Below, piece after piece: positions 19,077 to 28,370 of a stretch of DNA of 64,000 bases. Under the pieces are notes generated by a model. That model worked only from the letters and a program-made list of their open reading frames with translations. It was not told the origin of the DNA and did no database searches. The DNA is taken from contig JBEKFP010000002.1 of assembly GCA_050013255.1 (NCBI GenBank), positions 384,001 through 448,000 of the forward strand, given 5' to 3'. Origin of the DNA: Candidatus Bathyarchaeia archaeon. GTDB lineage: Archaea; Thermoproteota; Bathyarchaeia; 40CM-2-53-6. The position numbers and the translations under genes were made by a program. Every line of letters starts with the position of its first letter. The stretch's first letter is position 1.

Positions 19077-20051
19077 CTATCGGCTTGCTCGGCGCTTAGT
19101 GACTAGCTTGCGGCCGGCGGAGTAAGGATCTATTTTGTTCGCCTCCACCTGTTTCATGATTTTCTGAAACAGTTCGGATGATGCTATCTCCTTTAATGAT
19201 ATCTCCTCAAAATACTGCTTGGCTGCCTCAAGCACCTCCGAGCGCAACCGGTCTTCTTTCGCCTTCCCCAACCCATCAGAGTCCTTAAGGTATTTTGAGT
19301 GCTGGTTTATGGCCTCCACAAGGCCAGTGACTCCTTCTCCGGACATCGCGACCGTCTTCAGGACGCGTGGCCGCCAGCCTCGGAAATGTTCGGACATCAT
19401 GATCATTTGGTCAATTTCTTGCGCTGCGCGGTCCGCATTCTCCCTATCGGCCTTGTTGACGACGAAGATATCAGCGATTTCCATAATGCCCGCTTTCAAC
19501 GCTTGAATTTCGTCCCCCATCCCGGGGGCAGTTACAACGATTGTGGTATGGGCGAGTTGCTTCACATCTACATCAGACTGACCCGCTCCCGCTGTTTCAA
19601 CAATCACATAGTCCATCGCTGACGCGTCGAGGATTCGAACCGCGTCCTCCGTTGCTCTTGCAATTCCTCCAAAATGCCCGCGAGTAGCCATGCTCCTGAT
19701 GAAGACTCGGGGGTCCGACGCGAGTTCTCCCATCCTAATTCGATCACCGAGCAAGGCTCCACCAGTTATGTGACTTGATGGGTCGACGGCAACAATTCCT
19801 ACACTGCGGCCAGCATCTCTGTAACGCTTCGCGAGCTGTGCGATTAGCGTGCTCTTTCCACATCCTGGCGGACCAGTTATACCAATGATCTGAGCCTTCC
19901 CAGCAAGCCAGTACAAGCTGGAAAGAATCGTAATTCTCGCAAGAGGATCATTTTCCGCAGTCGACATTAACTGCGATATGGCACGTCGATCGCCATGCAC
20001 AGCTTTTCGAATTAATGTGTTGGGTGTTGATTTTGCATGGGATTTAGGCAC
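19077..20051 (-). CDS. meaB: Acyl-CoA mutase-associated GTPase MeaB/ArgK
   Basis: GITGPPGCGKST, AVDPSS..GGALLGDRIRM, FIRSMATRG, NKAD. Confidence 0.93.
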   Translation of the reverse strand: MPKSHAKSTPNTLIRKAVHGDRRAISQLMSTAENDPLARITILSSLYWLAGKAQIIGITGPPGCGKSTLIAQLAKRYRDAGRSVGIVAVDPSSHITGGALLGDRIRMGELASDPRVFIRSMATRGHFGGIARATEDAVRILDASAMDYVIVETAGAGQSDVDVKQLAHTTIVVTAPGMGDEIQALKAGIMEIADIFVVNKADRENADRAAQEIDQMIMMSEHFRGWRPRVLKTVAMSGEGVTGLVEAINQHSKYLKDSDGLGKAKEDRLRSEVLEAAKQYFEEISLKEIASSELFQKIMKQVEANKIDPYSAGRKLVTKRRASR

Positions 20052-20075
20052 GAGTGTGGGCGCCTCGTTATCTTC

Positions 20076-21665
20076 CTAGATAATGGTCTTGGGATGAAAC
20101 TCCCCATATTCCTCTCTTATGACATCGCTTATTTCGCCAGTGGTACCCCCGGACTTTACAGCGCTGATTATCAAAGGCATCACGTTGATGTCGTCCTCCA
20201 AAGCCTTCTGAAGCTTTCTGAGGCTGCGAAGTAGCCGAGTTTTGTGGCGTTTTCGTTTGAAAGCTTTGGTGCGGGAGATCTGCCGGCGTACTGCTGCCGG
20301 AGCGATCTTATGGAGGGTGATGTGGTACGGTTTCGGGTCAACATATACGTTAACCCCGACTATCTTGTTAGCTCGCGATTCTATTCCCATTTGCCTCTTG
20401 AAGGCGCTATCGCGAATCTGGTTCTGGATGTATCCGCTCTGGATTGCTTTGACAGCACCGCCTAATTTGTCGACTTGATGTATCTCGGCTTTGGCTTCGC
20501 TCTCAATCTTGTTCGTTAGAGATTCCACGTAGAAGCTCCCACCCAATGGGTCAATTGCCTTTGTCACGCCACTTTCGAAGGCTATTATCTGCTGCGTTCG
20601 GAGGGCTATTTTCACGGCTTCCTCTGTAGGTAAAGATAACGCTTCGTCGAGGGAATTTGTGTGCAGGGATTGTGTGCCCCCTAAAACCGCTCCCAAAGCT
20701 TGTATAGCTACGCGCACAATGTTGTTTTGCGGTTGCTGTGCAGTCAACGTTTCACCGCTAGTCTGAGTATGGAAACGTAGCTTCATAGACTCAGGATTCT
20801 TCGAGTGGAATTTCTCTTTCATCATATGCGCCCATATGCGACGCGCTGCACGGAACTTCGCTATCTCTTCCAGGAAATCGTTATGGCATGCAAAGAAGAA
20901 GGACAAGTGTGGTGCGAAATCGTCGACCTCCAATCCTCGCTTAATGCAAGCACGAACGTACTCCTCTGCGTTTGCAAACGCGTAAGCGAGTTCCTGGACT
21001 GCGCTTGAGCCACTTTCCCTTATGTGGTATCCGCTTATGCTGATTGGGTGCCACATCGGCATCTGCTTCGCACAAAATTCGATAATGTCCACAGACAACC
21101 TCAAGGATTGCTCGGGAGGGAAAATGTAGGTATTTCGTGCGATGTACTCTTTGAGAATATCATTCTGCGTCGTTCCCCGCAATCGTGAAAGTGGAACCCC
21201 CTGCGAAGTCCCAACCGCAGCATACATCGCCAGCATTATGGCCGCCGTAGCGTTAATGGTCATCGAAGTACTGACCATTCCAAGCTTGATGCCTTGGAAA
21301 AGCAATCGCATATCTTCCACGGAACTGATGGGTACTCCTACCCGGCCCACTTCGCCCTCGGCTCTCGGGCTGTCTGAATCATACCCCAATTGAGTCGGAA
21401 GGTCAAAGGCGACGCTGAGCCCGGTTTGTCCTTGCTTTATCAGAAACCTGAAACGCCTATTCGTGGCTTCCGCGCTACCAAACCCCGAATACTGCCTCAT
21501 CGTCCAGAGCCGCGAACGGTACATTTCAGGGTAGATACCGCGCGTAAATGGAAATTTGCCCGGTTCACCCAGAATGCCTTTGGGGTAGCGAGGACTGGAA
21601 TCTGACCCGTCGTAATGCTGCTTCCCTGGCAGGCCAGGCGAAGAAGAACTCTTCCCTCCCTTCAA
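20076..21665 (-). CDS. Methylmalonyl-CoA mutase large (substrate-binding) subunit
   Basis: WTMRQYSGFG, TQNDILKEYIARN, GYHIRESG, GGTQSLHTN. Carries the Tyr/Arg specificity pair. Confidence 0.92.
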   Translation of the reverse strand: MKGGKSSSSPGLPGKQHYDGSDSSPRYPKGILGEPGKFPFTRGIYPEMYRSRLWTMRQYSGFGSAEATNRRFRFLIKQGQTGLSVAFDLPTQLGYDSDSPRAEGEVGRVGVPISSVEDMRLLFQGIKLGMVSTSMTINATAAIMLAMYAAVGTSQGVPLSRLRGTTQNDILKEYIARNTYIFPPEQSLRLSVDIIEFCAKQMPMWHPISISGYHIRESGSSAVQELAYAFANAEEYVRACIKRGLEVDDFAPHLSFFFACHNDFLEEIAKFRAARRIWAHMMKEKFHSKNPESMKLRFHTQTSGETLTAQQPQNNIVRVAIQALGAVLGGTQSLHTNSLDEALSLPTEEAVKIALRTQQIIAFESGVTKAIDPLGGSFYVESLTNKIESEAKAEIHQVDKLGGAVKAIQSGYIQNQIRDSAFKRQMGIESRANKIVGVNVYVDPKPYHITLHKIAPAAVRRQISRTKAFKRKRHKTRLLRSLRKLQKALEDDINVMPLIISAVKSGGTTGEISDVIREEYGEFHPKTII

Positions 21666-21773
21666 AGTTGCACGAACAATCCTAGGAACCAGGCACGTAT
21701 ATGACCTTGAAGGAAAACGCTCTCAGATCACCCAAAAGAACATTAACGCCCCTCCTCTGAACTTTCTAAGTTC

Positions 21774-23546
21774 GTGTGGAAACAAATGCCACCAAAACGA
21801 AAAATGAATTACTGGGCCAAGAAAGTTGAGCAAATTGCAGCCGCCAAAAAGAAACAGGGCAGGCTGTACAACCGCAAGGAGCTCCATTCCATCGCGCGAA
21901 AGCAGCGCAAATGGAGCCAAGGCGCTCTCACGGAATGGTTGGTAAAAGCACCTGAGCGCAGGGAAGCCTTCGAGAATCCCTCAGGAATCCCCATCAAGCG
22001 CATCTATGGTCCCACTGATGTGTCGCACCACGATTATCCTCGTGATGTTGGATTACCCGGCGATTTTCCATACACCCGTGGAATTTACCCTACCATGTAC
22101 AGGGGTCGCCCGTGGACTATGCGAATGTTCTCAGGTTACGGGAGCCCTGAGGAAACCAACGCCCGCCTAAAGTACCTCCTTAAAGAAGGCGAAACTGGAC
22201 TGAGCATCGCTTTCGACATGCCCACCTTGTATGGAATTGACGCTGACCATCCGAGAGCGGAAGGCGAGGTTGGCAAATGCGGCGTTTCCGTATCGTCACT
22301 CAAAGACATGGAGGCTATCTTCGATGGTATTCCGCTTGATCAGGTCAGCACTTCAATGACAATCAACGCGCCGGCTTCGGTCCTAACTTGTATGTATGTT
22401 GCAGTCGCAGATGGACGCGGATTGAGGTCAAGAAAACTGCGCGGCACCGTGCAGACGGATATTCTCAAGGAGTATGCTGCCCAAAAAGAGTGGGTGTATC
22501 CCCCTGAAGCCCATCTCCGAATTATCCGTGACATGATGCTTTACTCCACAAAACACCTCCCGCAATGGAACTATGTCAGCATAAGCGGATACCACATTCG
22601 AGAAGCTGGTTCAAGCGCCTTGCAAGAACTGGCTTTTACACTGGCCGATGGTTTTGCATATGTAGACCTAGGCCTCGAGGCTGGGTTGAAGGTGGATAAT
22701 TTTGCCCCCAGGCTGTCGTTCTTCTTTAACTGCGGAATGGATTTCTTCGAGGAAATTGCAAAATTCCGGGCTGCCCGACGAATCTGGTCTAAAGTTCTCA
22801 AGGAAAAATACCATGCGAAGGACCCAAGGTCAATGCTGATGCGATTTCACACTCAGACATCGGGCGTATCGTTGACATGGCAACAACCACTCAACAACAT
22901 CGTAAGAACTGCGGTAGAGGGCTTAGCCGCAGTAATGGGTGGAACACAATCTTTGCACACAAACGCCTACGATGAAGCCTGGGCTCTGCCAACACAGCAG
23001 GCTGCCTTAATTGCGCTGAGAACGCAGCAACTCCTGGCCGAAGAGACAGGTGTTGCGAACGTAATTGACCCTCTCGGCGGGTCTTATTATGTAGAATCGC
23101 TAACGGATGAAATGGAACAGCGAACATTCGAGTATCTCGCGAAAATCGAGGACATCGGCGGTATTCTGGCCGCCATCAAGAAAGGTTTCATCCAAAGAGA
23201 AATCGCAGACACCTCATACAAGTATCAACGTCAGATGGAAGAAGGCAAGAGAGTTATTGTGGGAGTCAATGCCTACGAAATGAATGAAGCTTCTCCTATT
23301 GAGACTCTAAGAATCGACGAAAAGGTGCGCCAGAGCCAGGTAAAGAGGTTAAATGAAGTCAAAAATACTAGGGATGCCACCGCGGTGAAAAACTCTTTAG
23401 AACAACTGCGCTCCTCTTTCGCGGATCCTGATTCAAACAGTATTTACCCGATGCTTAAAGCCGTCAAATCCTATGCGACACTTGGAGAGATCGTTGACGT
23501 TGGGAGAAAAGTGTTCGGGGACTGGAAGGAACCCTCGATACTCTGA
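21774..23546 (+). CDS. B12-dependent acyl-CoA mutase large subunit, isobutyryl-CoA-mutase-type residues
   Basis: WTMRMFSGYG and VQTDILKEYAAQK (Phe/Gln pair), GYHIREAG, GGTQSLHTN. Confidence 0.88.
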   Translation: MWKQMPPKRKMNYWAKKVEQIAAAKKKQGRLYNRKELHSIARKQRKWSQGALTEWLVKAPERREAFENPSGIPIKRIYGPTDVSHHDYPRDVGLPGDFPYTRGIYPTMYRGRPWTMRMFSGYGSPEETNARLKYLLKEGETGLSIAFDMPTLYGIDADHPRAEGEVGKCGVSVSSLKDMEAIFDGIPLDQVSTSMTINAPASVLTCMYVAVADGRGLRSRKLRGTVQTDILKEYAAQKEWVYPPEAHLRIIRDMMLYSTKHLPQWNYVSISGYHIREAGSSALQELAFTLADGFAYVDLGLEAGLKVDNFAPRLSFFFNCGMDFFEEIAKFRAARRIWSKVLKEKYHAKDPRSMLMRFHTQTSGVSLTWQQPLNNIVRTAVEGLAAVMGGTQSLHTNAYDEAWALPTQQAALIALRTQQLLAEETGVANVIDPLGGSYYVESLTDEMEQRTFEYLAKIEDIGGILAAIKKGFIQREIADTSYKYQRQMEEGKRVIVGVNAYEMNEASPIETLRIDEKVRQSQVKRLNEVKNTRDATAVKNSLEQLRSSFADPDSNSIYPMLKAVKSYATLGEIVDVGRKVFGDWKEPSIL

Positions 23547-23581
23547 ACTTCGGAGGTGGAAAGATCTCAACAACAGGGTTG

Positions 23582-24022
23582 ATGGATAGGAAGACCCAGC
23601 CGAGAAAGATTAGGGTGCTTGTGGCAAAGCCCGGGCTCGCGTAAAACCTACGGCCAAACGGGCACGACCGTGGCGCCCTTGTTCTGTGCAGGGCACTCCG
23701 AGATGCTGGGATGGAGGTAATCTACGCAGGGCTCTTGGCTAGCCCTGAACAAGTCGCCCAGATGGCCATAGATGAGGACGTTGATGTTGTCGCTATGAGT
23801 CTACTCAACGGGGCACACATGACCGCGTTCCCGAAAGTCGCGAAGGCGCTAAAAGAGAAACGGGCAAGCGACATACTGCTTGTAGGTGGCGGCATTATTC
23901 CCGAGGAAGATAAACCAAGACTAGAAAGGTTGGGAATAACGGGAAATTTCGGCCCAGGCACAACTCTGAAAGCGATCGTCGACCACATAGTGGTCCGCGT
24001 TCAGAAGGAACGCTGGAAGTAG
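23582..24022 (+). CDS. Acyl-CoA mutase cobalamin-binding small subunit, join(23582..23639,23658..24022), 140 aa after removal of the putative intron
   Basis: Joined frame reads [44 protein letters not shown]...EDVDVVAMSLLNGAH...VGGGIIP...FGPGT. The unspliced frame stops at TAA 23642-23644. Confidence 0.88.
23640..23657 (+). other. Putative 18-nt bulge-helix-bulge pre-mRNA intron (CGTAAAACCTACGGCCAA)
   Basis: Canonical 3-4-3 BHB geometry; the predicted cut sites restore the GAC (Asp) codon of DxHxxG. Confidence 0.85.
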
Positions 24023-24180
24023 CCTCAGTATTCAGCACATTAGGCTACTTTATCGAAATGCTCGATGTCGAGTATAGGATCCCGTGCGTTTGGCCCTTTC
24101 CCTGAAACCTAGGCGAAACCTTGTCGCCAATTGCAAGTAACAATCGTTTTTTGACTTCGATGTTGTAGGGCAGAACTCCT

Positions 24181-24867
24181 CTACTTGGTTTTCTGACCAA
24201 ATCGTTCCTTGACCCAGACTCGTATCGGTTCGAGTTGTTTCCTCATTCGTGCTTTTTCTTCCTCTGATCTTCTGCTCCGCGGGGGTCCTGACGGAACGAA
24301 GTAGATGTCCATGGGATTGCCGCTGGGCTGATCGACGAACTTGATTTCCACATTCATGTCGCACTCTGCGTCTTCTGGCTCGATGCCCACTAGGCGGCCC
24401 GCGATCAGAGTGTTCGCCCCTTCAACTCTGACATACGCCAATATGAAAGGCAGATCCGCCAGAAATGCTTCGCCTGCGAAGCCAAGGACTGTGAAGCAGT
24501 GAAGCGTGCCACGCATTGGCATCTCTACCCACTGAGTCTCAATAAGACGACACTTGTTCCTCCAGCAGTGCGCTCTCGGCGGGCAGAATACGTCTCCGCA
24601 TTTCGGACACTTAGTTCCGAACAGCTTCTTCTCGAGCAGTTCCTCAAAGAATTTTGAGACCAGTCCGTAACTGTGCTCGTACATCACATCCCATGGCCGG
24701 TTGACGAGCATGTATCTTGCTCTTTCGAGCTTGTCAGGTCTTGGGCCCTTGTCCCCTTCGATGATCTTGTAGCCGGCCACGTTCCACTTCCCAAGCCGGC
24801 CCCATTCACTCCATTTCTCATCGGGCTTCTTCTCTTTGAGAACTTTGTCAGGTTGCATTTCCATCAC
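24181..24867 (-). CDS. Zn-ribbon/OB-fold (DUF35) thiolase partner
   Basis: CPKCG..PPRAHC, OB-fold PFILAYVRVEGA; overlaps the thiolase stop. Confidence 0.88.
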   Translation of the reverse strand: MMEMQPDKVLKEKKPDEKWSEWGRLGKWNVAGYKIIEGDKGPRPDKLERARYMLVNRPWDVMYEHSYGLVSKFFEELLEKKLFGTKCPKCGDVFCPPRAHCWRNKCRLIETQWVEMPMRGTLHCFTVLGFAGEAFLADLPFILAYVRVEGANTLIAGRLVGIEPEDAECDMNVEIKFVDQPSGNPMDIYFVPSGPPRSRRSEEEKARMRKQLEPIRVWVKERFGQKTK

Positions 24868-26144
24868 CTCTCCATGATCATGACTGAGATCGCAGTTCCG
24901 GTGCCCGCATGGCTGTGATTAAGCCCAACCTTCGCGCCCTTCACTTGAGTAGCATTGCTCTTGTGCTTCTTTCCAATCTCCTGTCTCAGTTGCCAAAAGA
25001 GCTCGACGGTTTGGCCGATTGCCGTAGAGCCAACCGGGTGCCCGAACCCTTCCAGACCCCCGCTTACGTTCACCGGTATATCGCCGTCCACGTAAGTCTG
25101 TCCTTCCCTGATGAGCGTCTTGCCTTCGCCCCTTTTGCAAAAGTCTAGATCTTCGTAGGTTTGGAGTTCGCTCGAATCGTAGGCGTCGTGTATCTCTACG
25201 ACATCGATCTCCTTGAGAGGCTTCCTGATTCCCGCCATCTTGTAAGCGGTTCTGGCGGCGAACTTGCAGGCCCCGAAGTTGGTCAGCTCGGGGTAGGGCT
25301 CTCTGGGTTTCAGGGCGTGTTTCGGGTAGGATCGTGCCTCGCTGGGGAACATGCCATGAAAACCGGGGTTGTCGGGACGGTCTCCGGGCCTCATCATGTC
25401 GCTTCCTAGACCGAGCCCTGTTATCCAGACTGGTGTGTCGGTGATTTTCCTCGCGTATTTCTGAGAGGCAAGAACTATTACACTTGCTCCTTCGCTGAGA
25501 AGGCAGCAATCAAGCACCTTCAGAGGCCATGCAATCAGACGAGATGACAGGACGTCATCGACAGTGATCTTCTTTCCTCCACACTCGATCGGCCACTGTG
25601 CGTAGGGGTTGTCGAGGCTGTAGTTACGATTCTTCACAGCAATCATTGCAAGATCCTCCTCTGTCTCGCCGTAGAGGTACATATGACGCGCTTCCATTGC
25701 CGCGTAGTACCCAGTATAGTAACCGCCAACAGGAAAGTCAAAATCGGTGTCGCTCGCCAGCGCTATGAATTCATTCGCTTTCGCCGATGGTACCTCTCCT
25801 TGCTTCTCGAAACCGCTCACCAAACAGACTTCGGAGAGTCCTGATGCCACAATCGCCCAGGCGGTCCTAATTGCGGTGCCAGGTCCTGCCCCTCCGTTTT
25901 CAACCCTAAAAACGGGTTTCGGTGTCAACCCAAGATAATCGTGCAGAATCCATTGGAACGCAAGTTGTTGTTCGAAGTGATCGCTGAAGTAGGAACAGAC
26001 ATGGTTGTCAATGTCGCCAATCGACAGATTCGGGGTATCCTCAAGAGCCTCCTCCATGGCTTGGGCGACCATCTCCTCCTGGGTTTCATGTCTAGGTTTC
26101 TGATACCTAGAGATCCCACCTGCAACTACAGCTACTCTTCTCAA
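24864..26144 (-). CDS. Thiolase-like (SCP2-type) protein lacking the nucleophilic Cys
   Basis: RVENGGA in place of EAACAS; VEIHDAY; NVSGG..GHPVG. Confidence 0.88.
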   Translation of the reverse strand: MRRVAVVAGGISRYQKPRHETQEEMVAQAMEEALEDTPNLSIGDIDNHVCSYFSDHFEQQLAFQWILHDYLGLTPKPVFRVENGGAGPGTAIRTAWAIVASGLSEVCLVSGFEKQGEVPSAKANEFIALASDTDFDFPVGGYYTGYYAAMEARHMYLYGETEEDLAMIAVKNRNYSLDNPYAQWPIECGGKKITVDDVLSSRLIAWPLKVLDCCLLSEGASVIVLASQKYARKITDTPVWITGLGLGSDMMRPGDRPDNPGFHGMFPSEARSYPKHALKPREPYPELTNFGACKFAARTAYKMAGIRKPLKEIDVVEIHDAYDSSELQTYEDLDFCKRGEGKTLIREGQTYVDGDIPVNVSGGLEGFGHPVGSTAIGQTVELFWQLRQEIGKKHKSNATQVKGAKVGLNHSHAGTGTAISVMIMER

Positions 26145-26576
26145 GAAATTTCACTGGGGTGGTGAGCCTGTTGTGCAATAAAACATTTCGTCCCTCCGCT
26201 CCTTCAATAGGGAGTAGATCGCGTCGCGGAACTTGAGGTCTATTCTTCAGTTGCTCCTATCACGACTACCATCTCGAAACAAAACTGAGTGCTTCTCCAC
26301 CAAGTTTTCGTCGCTACTGTCGAGGGTGGTGCTCCGAGCAATAGTAAGCCTTTGACAAAATCCCGTTTGATTTCAGGCAACCAGTGCACAGGGTTTTTGC
26401 ACACACAGAACTCGCACCGTCCAAGAAAACCTCGTCGTCTCAGGTTAGGGGGCCAAGAGGTTGTCTTTGATTACGAGGAGGACAACTTCACGCGAGTATT
26501 GGGTGTGGGATAATAACCTTCATTATTACGACGCTGTATTCGGACGAGTATCCAGCGATTTGAGGATTAATTCAGG

Positions 26577-27749
26577 ATGACACAACCGCTAGCCAGTATT
26601 GTTTCGGCGGGCGTTTCGAAATTTGGTGTTCGTGAAGGGTTGTACGGAAGAGAACTCTTTGCCGAGGCCGCCAGGGAGGCTTTCGATAGTTGTCCCAATC
26701 TGAACCCAAAACGGGACATTCAAGCCCTTTTTGTAGGCATGATGAGCGACTCGTATGAACACCAGGCCCATGTTGCACCCCTCTTCTTAGACTGGATCGG
26801 CCTGCTTCCCAAGCCTGCTTTTCGGACCGAAGCGGCGTGCGCGTCCTCTAGTGTGGCGATGCGAACCGCTTTGTTTGCGATAGCGTCTGGGATGTACGAT
26901 GTCGTTCTTGTTGGCGGAGTTGAGAAGATGACACATGTAAGCACAACAGGCGTAACTGAGATCTTGGCAATGGCATCGGACTTCCCATTCGAACAATGGC
27001 ACGGAATCTCCTTTCCAGGAATATTCGGCATGATGGCTGTCGATCACATGAACCGGTACGGGACGACGGAGGAGCAGATGGCTAAGGTTGCAGTGAAGAA
27101 CCATGAGCATGGAGTGCTGAACCCAAAGGCACATTTCCAGAAGCGAATAACGGTCAACGAAGTGCTCGCGTCACGGCCCGTCGCTTGGCCCTTGAAGTTG
27201 TACGATTGCTGTCCTCGGTCGGATGGCGCTAGCTGCCTTGTACTTACGTCACCAAAGATAGCTAGGAAATTTACTGATACGCCCGTGAACATAATTGGTT
27301 CAGGCCAAGCCCAGGACACACTCAGCCTATGTGAACGAGAGAACTTCAGCACAATGAAGGTCACAAAGTTTGCTGCGCAGCAAGCTTACGAAATGGCCAA
27401 AGTGGGGCCGAAGGATATTGACGTGGCTGAACTGCATGATTGTTTTACAATAGCCGAAATCATCGCCTACGAAGACTTAGGCTTCTGCGAGAAGGGGAAG
27501 GGCGGCAAGCTCATCGACGAAGGGGCAACATACCTCGGCGGCAGGATTCCGTCGAACACTAGTGGTGGGCTCAAAGCGAAAGGCCACCCAGTGGGAGCAA
27601 CTGGAACGGCACAAGCATGCGAAATCTACTTGCAACTAACTAACCAAGCAGGGCGAAGACAAGTCAACGGAGCTGAAATTGGGCTGACAGAGAACGTAGG
27701 CGGTTCTGCGTCAACAGGCGTCGTCCACGTCTATCAACGGGGAGATTGA
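26577..27749 (+). CDS. Acetyl-CoA acetyltransferase (archaeal thiolase)
   Basis: TEAACASS, GVEKMT, ELHDCF, SGGLKAKGHPVGATG. Confidence 0.92.
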   Translation: MTQPLASIVSAGVSKFGVREGLYGRELFAEAAREAFDSCPNLNPKRDIQALFVGMMSDSYEHQAHVAPLFLDWIGLLPKPAFRTEAACASSSVAMRTALFAIASGMYDVVLVGGVEKMTHVSTTGVTEILAMASDFPFEQWHGISFPGIFGMMAVDHMNRYGTTEEQMAKVAVKNHEHGVLNPKAHFQKRITVNEVLASRPVAWPLKLYDCCPRSDGASCLVLTSPKIARKFTDTPVNIIGSGQAQDTLSLCERENFSTMKVTKFAAQQAYEMAKVGPKDIDVAELHDCFTIAEIIAYEDLGFCEKGKGGKLIDEGATYLGGRIPSNTSGGLKAKGHPVGATGTAQACEIYLQLTNQAGRRQVNGAEIGLTENVGGSASTGVVHVYQRGD

Positions 27750-28219
27750 AGGTAGCAGGAAAGATGGCAGCATCAGTGATGGCGTCACCATCAGAAGGAA
27801 CAGGTTTCATTTGCGATGAGAATGGGTCCGTACTTCCCACCGTTGAGAACTTTTACAAGTTCTGTGCGGAAAGAAAGCTCATGGGTGTGAAATGCAAGGC
27901 TTGCGGAGCGCTTCTTTGGCCCCCGCGTGGCATCTGCCCCAAGTGCTTTTCCTACAATGTCGAATGGATTGAATTCAAAGGCAGGGGCAAGCTGCTTACC
28001 TACACGATTATCCATTTTCCGCCAAGCCAATTCCAAGCCTTAGCTCCCTACGCTGTGGGAATAATGAAATTGACGGAAGGACCTCAACTGCCCGGCATGA
28101 TAAGAAACCTCAAACTTGAAGACCTACGCATTGGAATGGACCTTGAAGTTGATTTCGAAACCACGGTCCCTAAGGAATGGCCACGGTGGCCACGGTACTT
28201 CTTCAAACCTGCAACTTAG
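27746..28219 (+). CDS. Zn-ribbon/OB-fold (DUF35) thiolase partner
   Basis: CKACG..PPRGICPKC, PYAVGIMKLTEG. Confidence 0.9.
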   Translation: MKVAGKMAASVMASPSEGTGFICDENGSVLPTVENFYKFCAERKLMGVKCKACGALLWPPRGICPKCFSYNVEWIEFKGRGKLLTYTIIHFPPSQFQALAPYAVGIMKLTEGPQLPGMIRNLKLEDLRIGMDLEVDFETTVPKEWPRWPRYFFKPAT

Positions 28220-28370
28220 ATTCAAACTCATCGCAAGGGCAACCCGCCGTTAGGGGGATCCTAATCGACTTGGCACTGAAAAGGCGCTATTCCTATTGGA
28301 ATTGTCAGAGTCCTAGAATATTAATATTGGAATACGCTCTGAAGACGCATTCTGACATGTTGGCGGAGAA

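Noticed and set aside
23639-23660. Stop-codon readthrough or simple pseudogene as the explanation for the TAA
   Set aside because: Readthrough would leave six extra residues and no Asp in the motif. Intact flanking frames and an exact BHB argue against random decay, though it is not excluded without RNA data.
23711-24022. ORF-track call of a 103-aa B12-binding protein starting at MEVIY
   Set aside because: It lacks the DxHxxG motif, which is encoded in frame upstream across the 18-nt insert.
25270-25390. In-frame insertion in the Cys-less thiolase as a second intron
   Set aside because: No stop or frameshift, and I found no BHB pairing; it looks like a protein loop.
26200-26520. Possible decayed Zn-finger ORF (YYCSEHH) on the minus strand between the thiolases
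   Set aside because: It needs frameshifts and rests on a single short motif.
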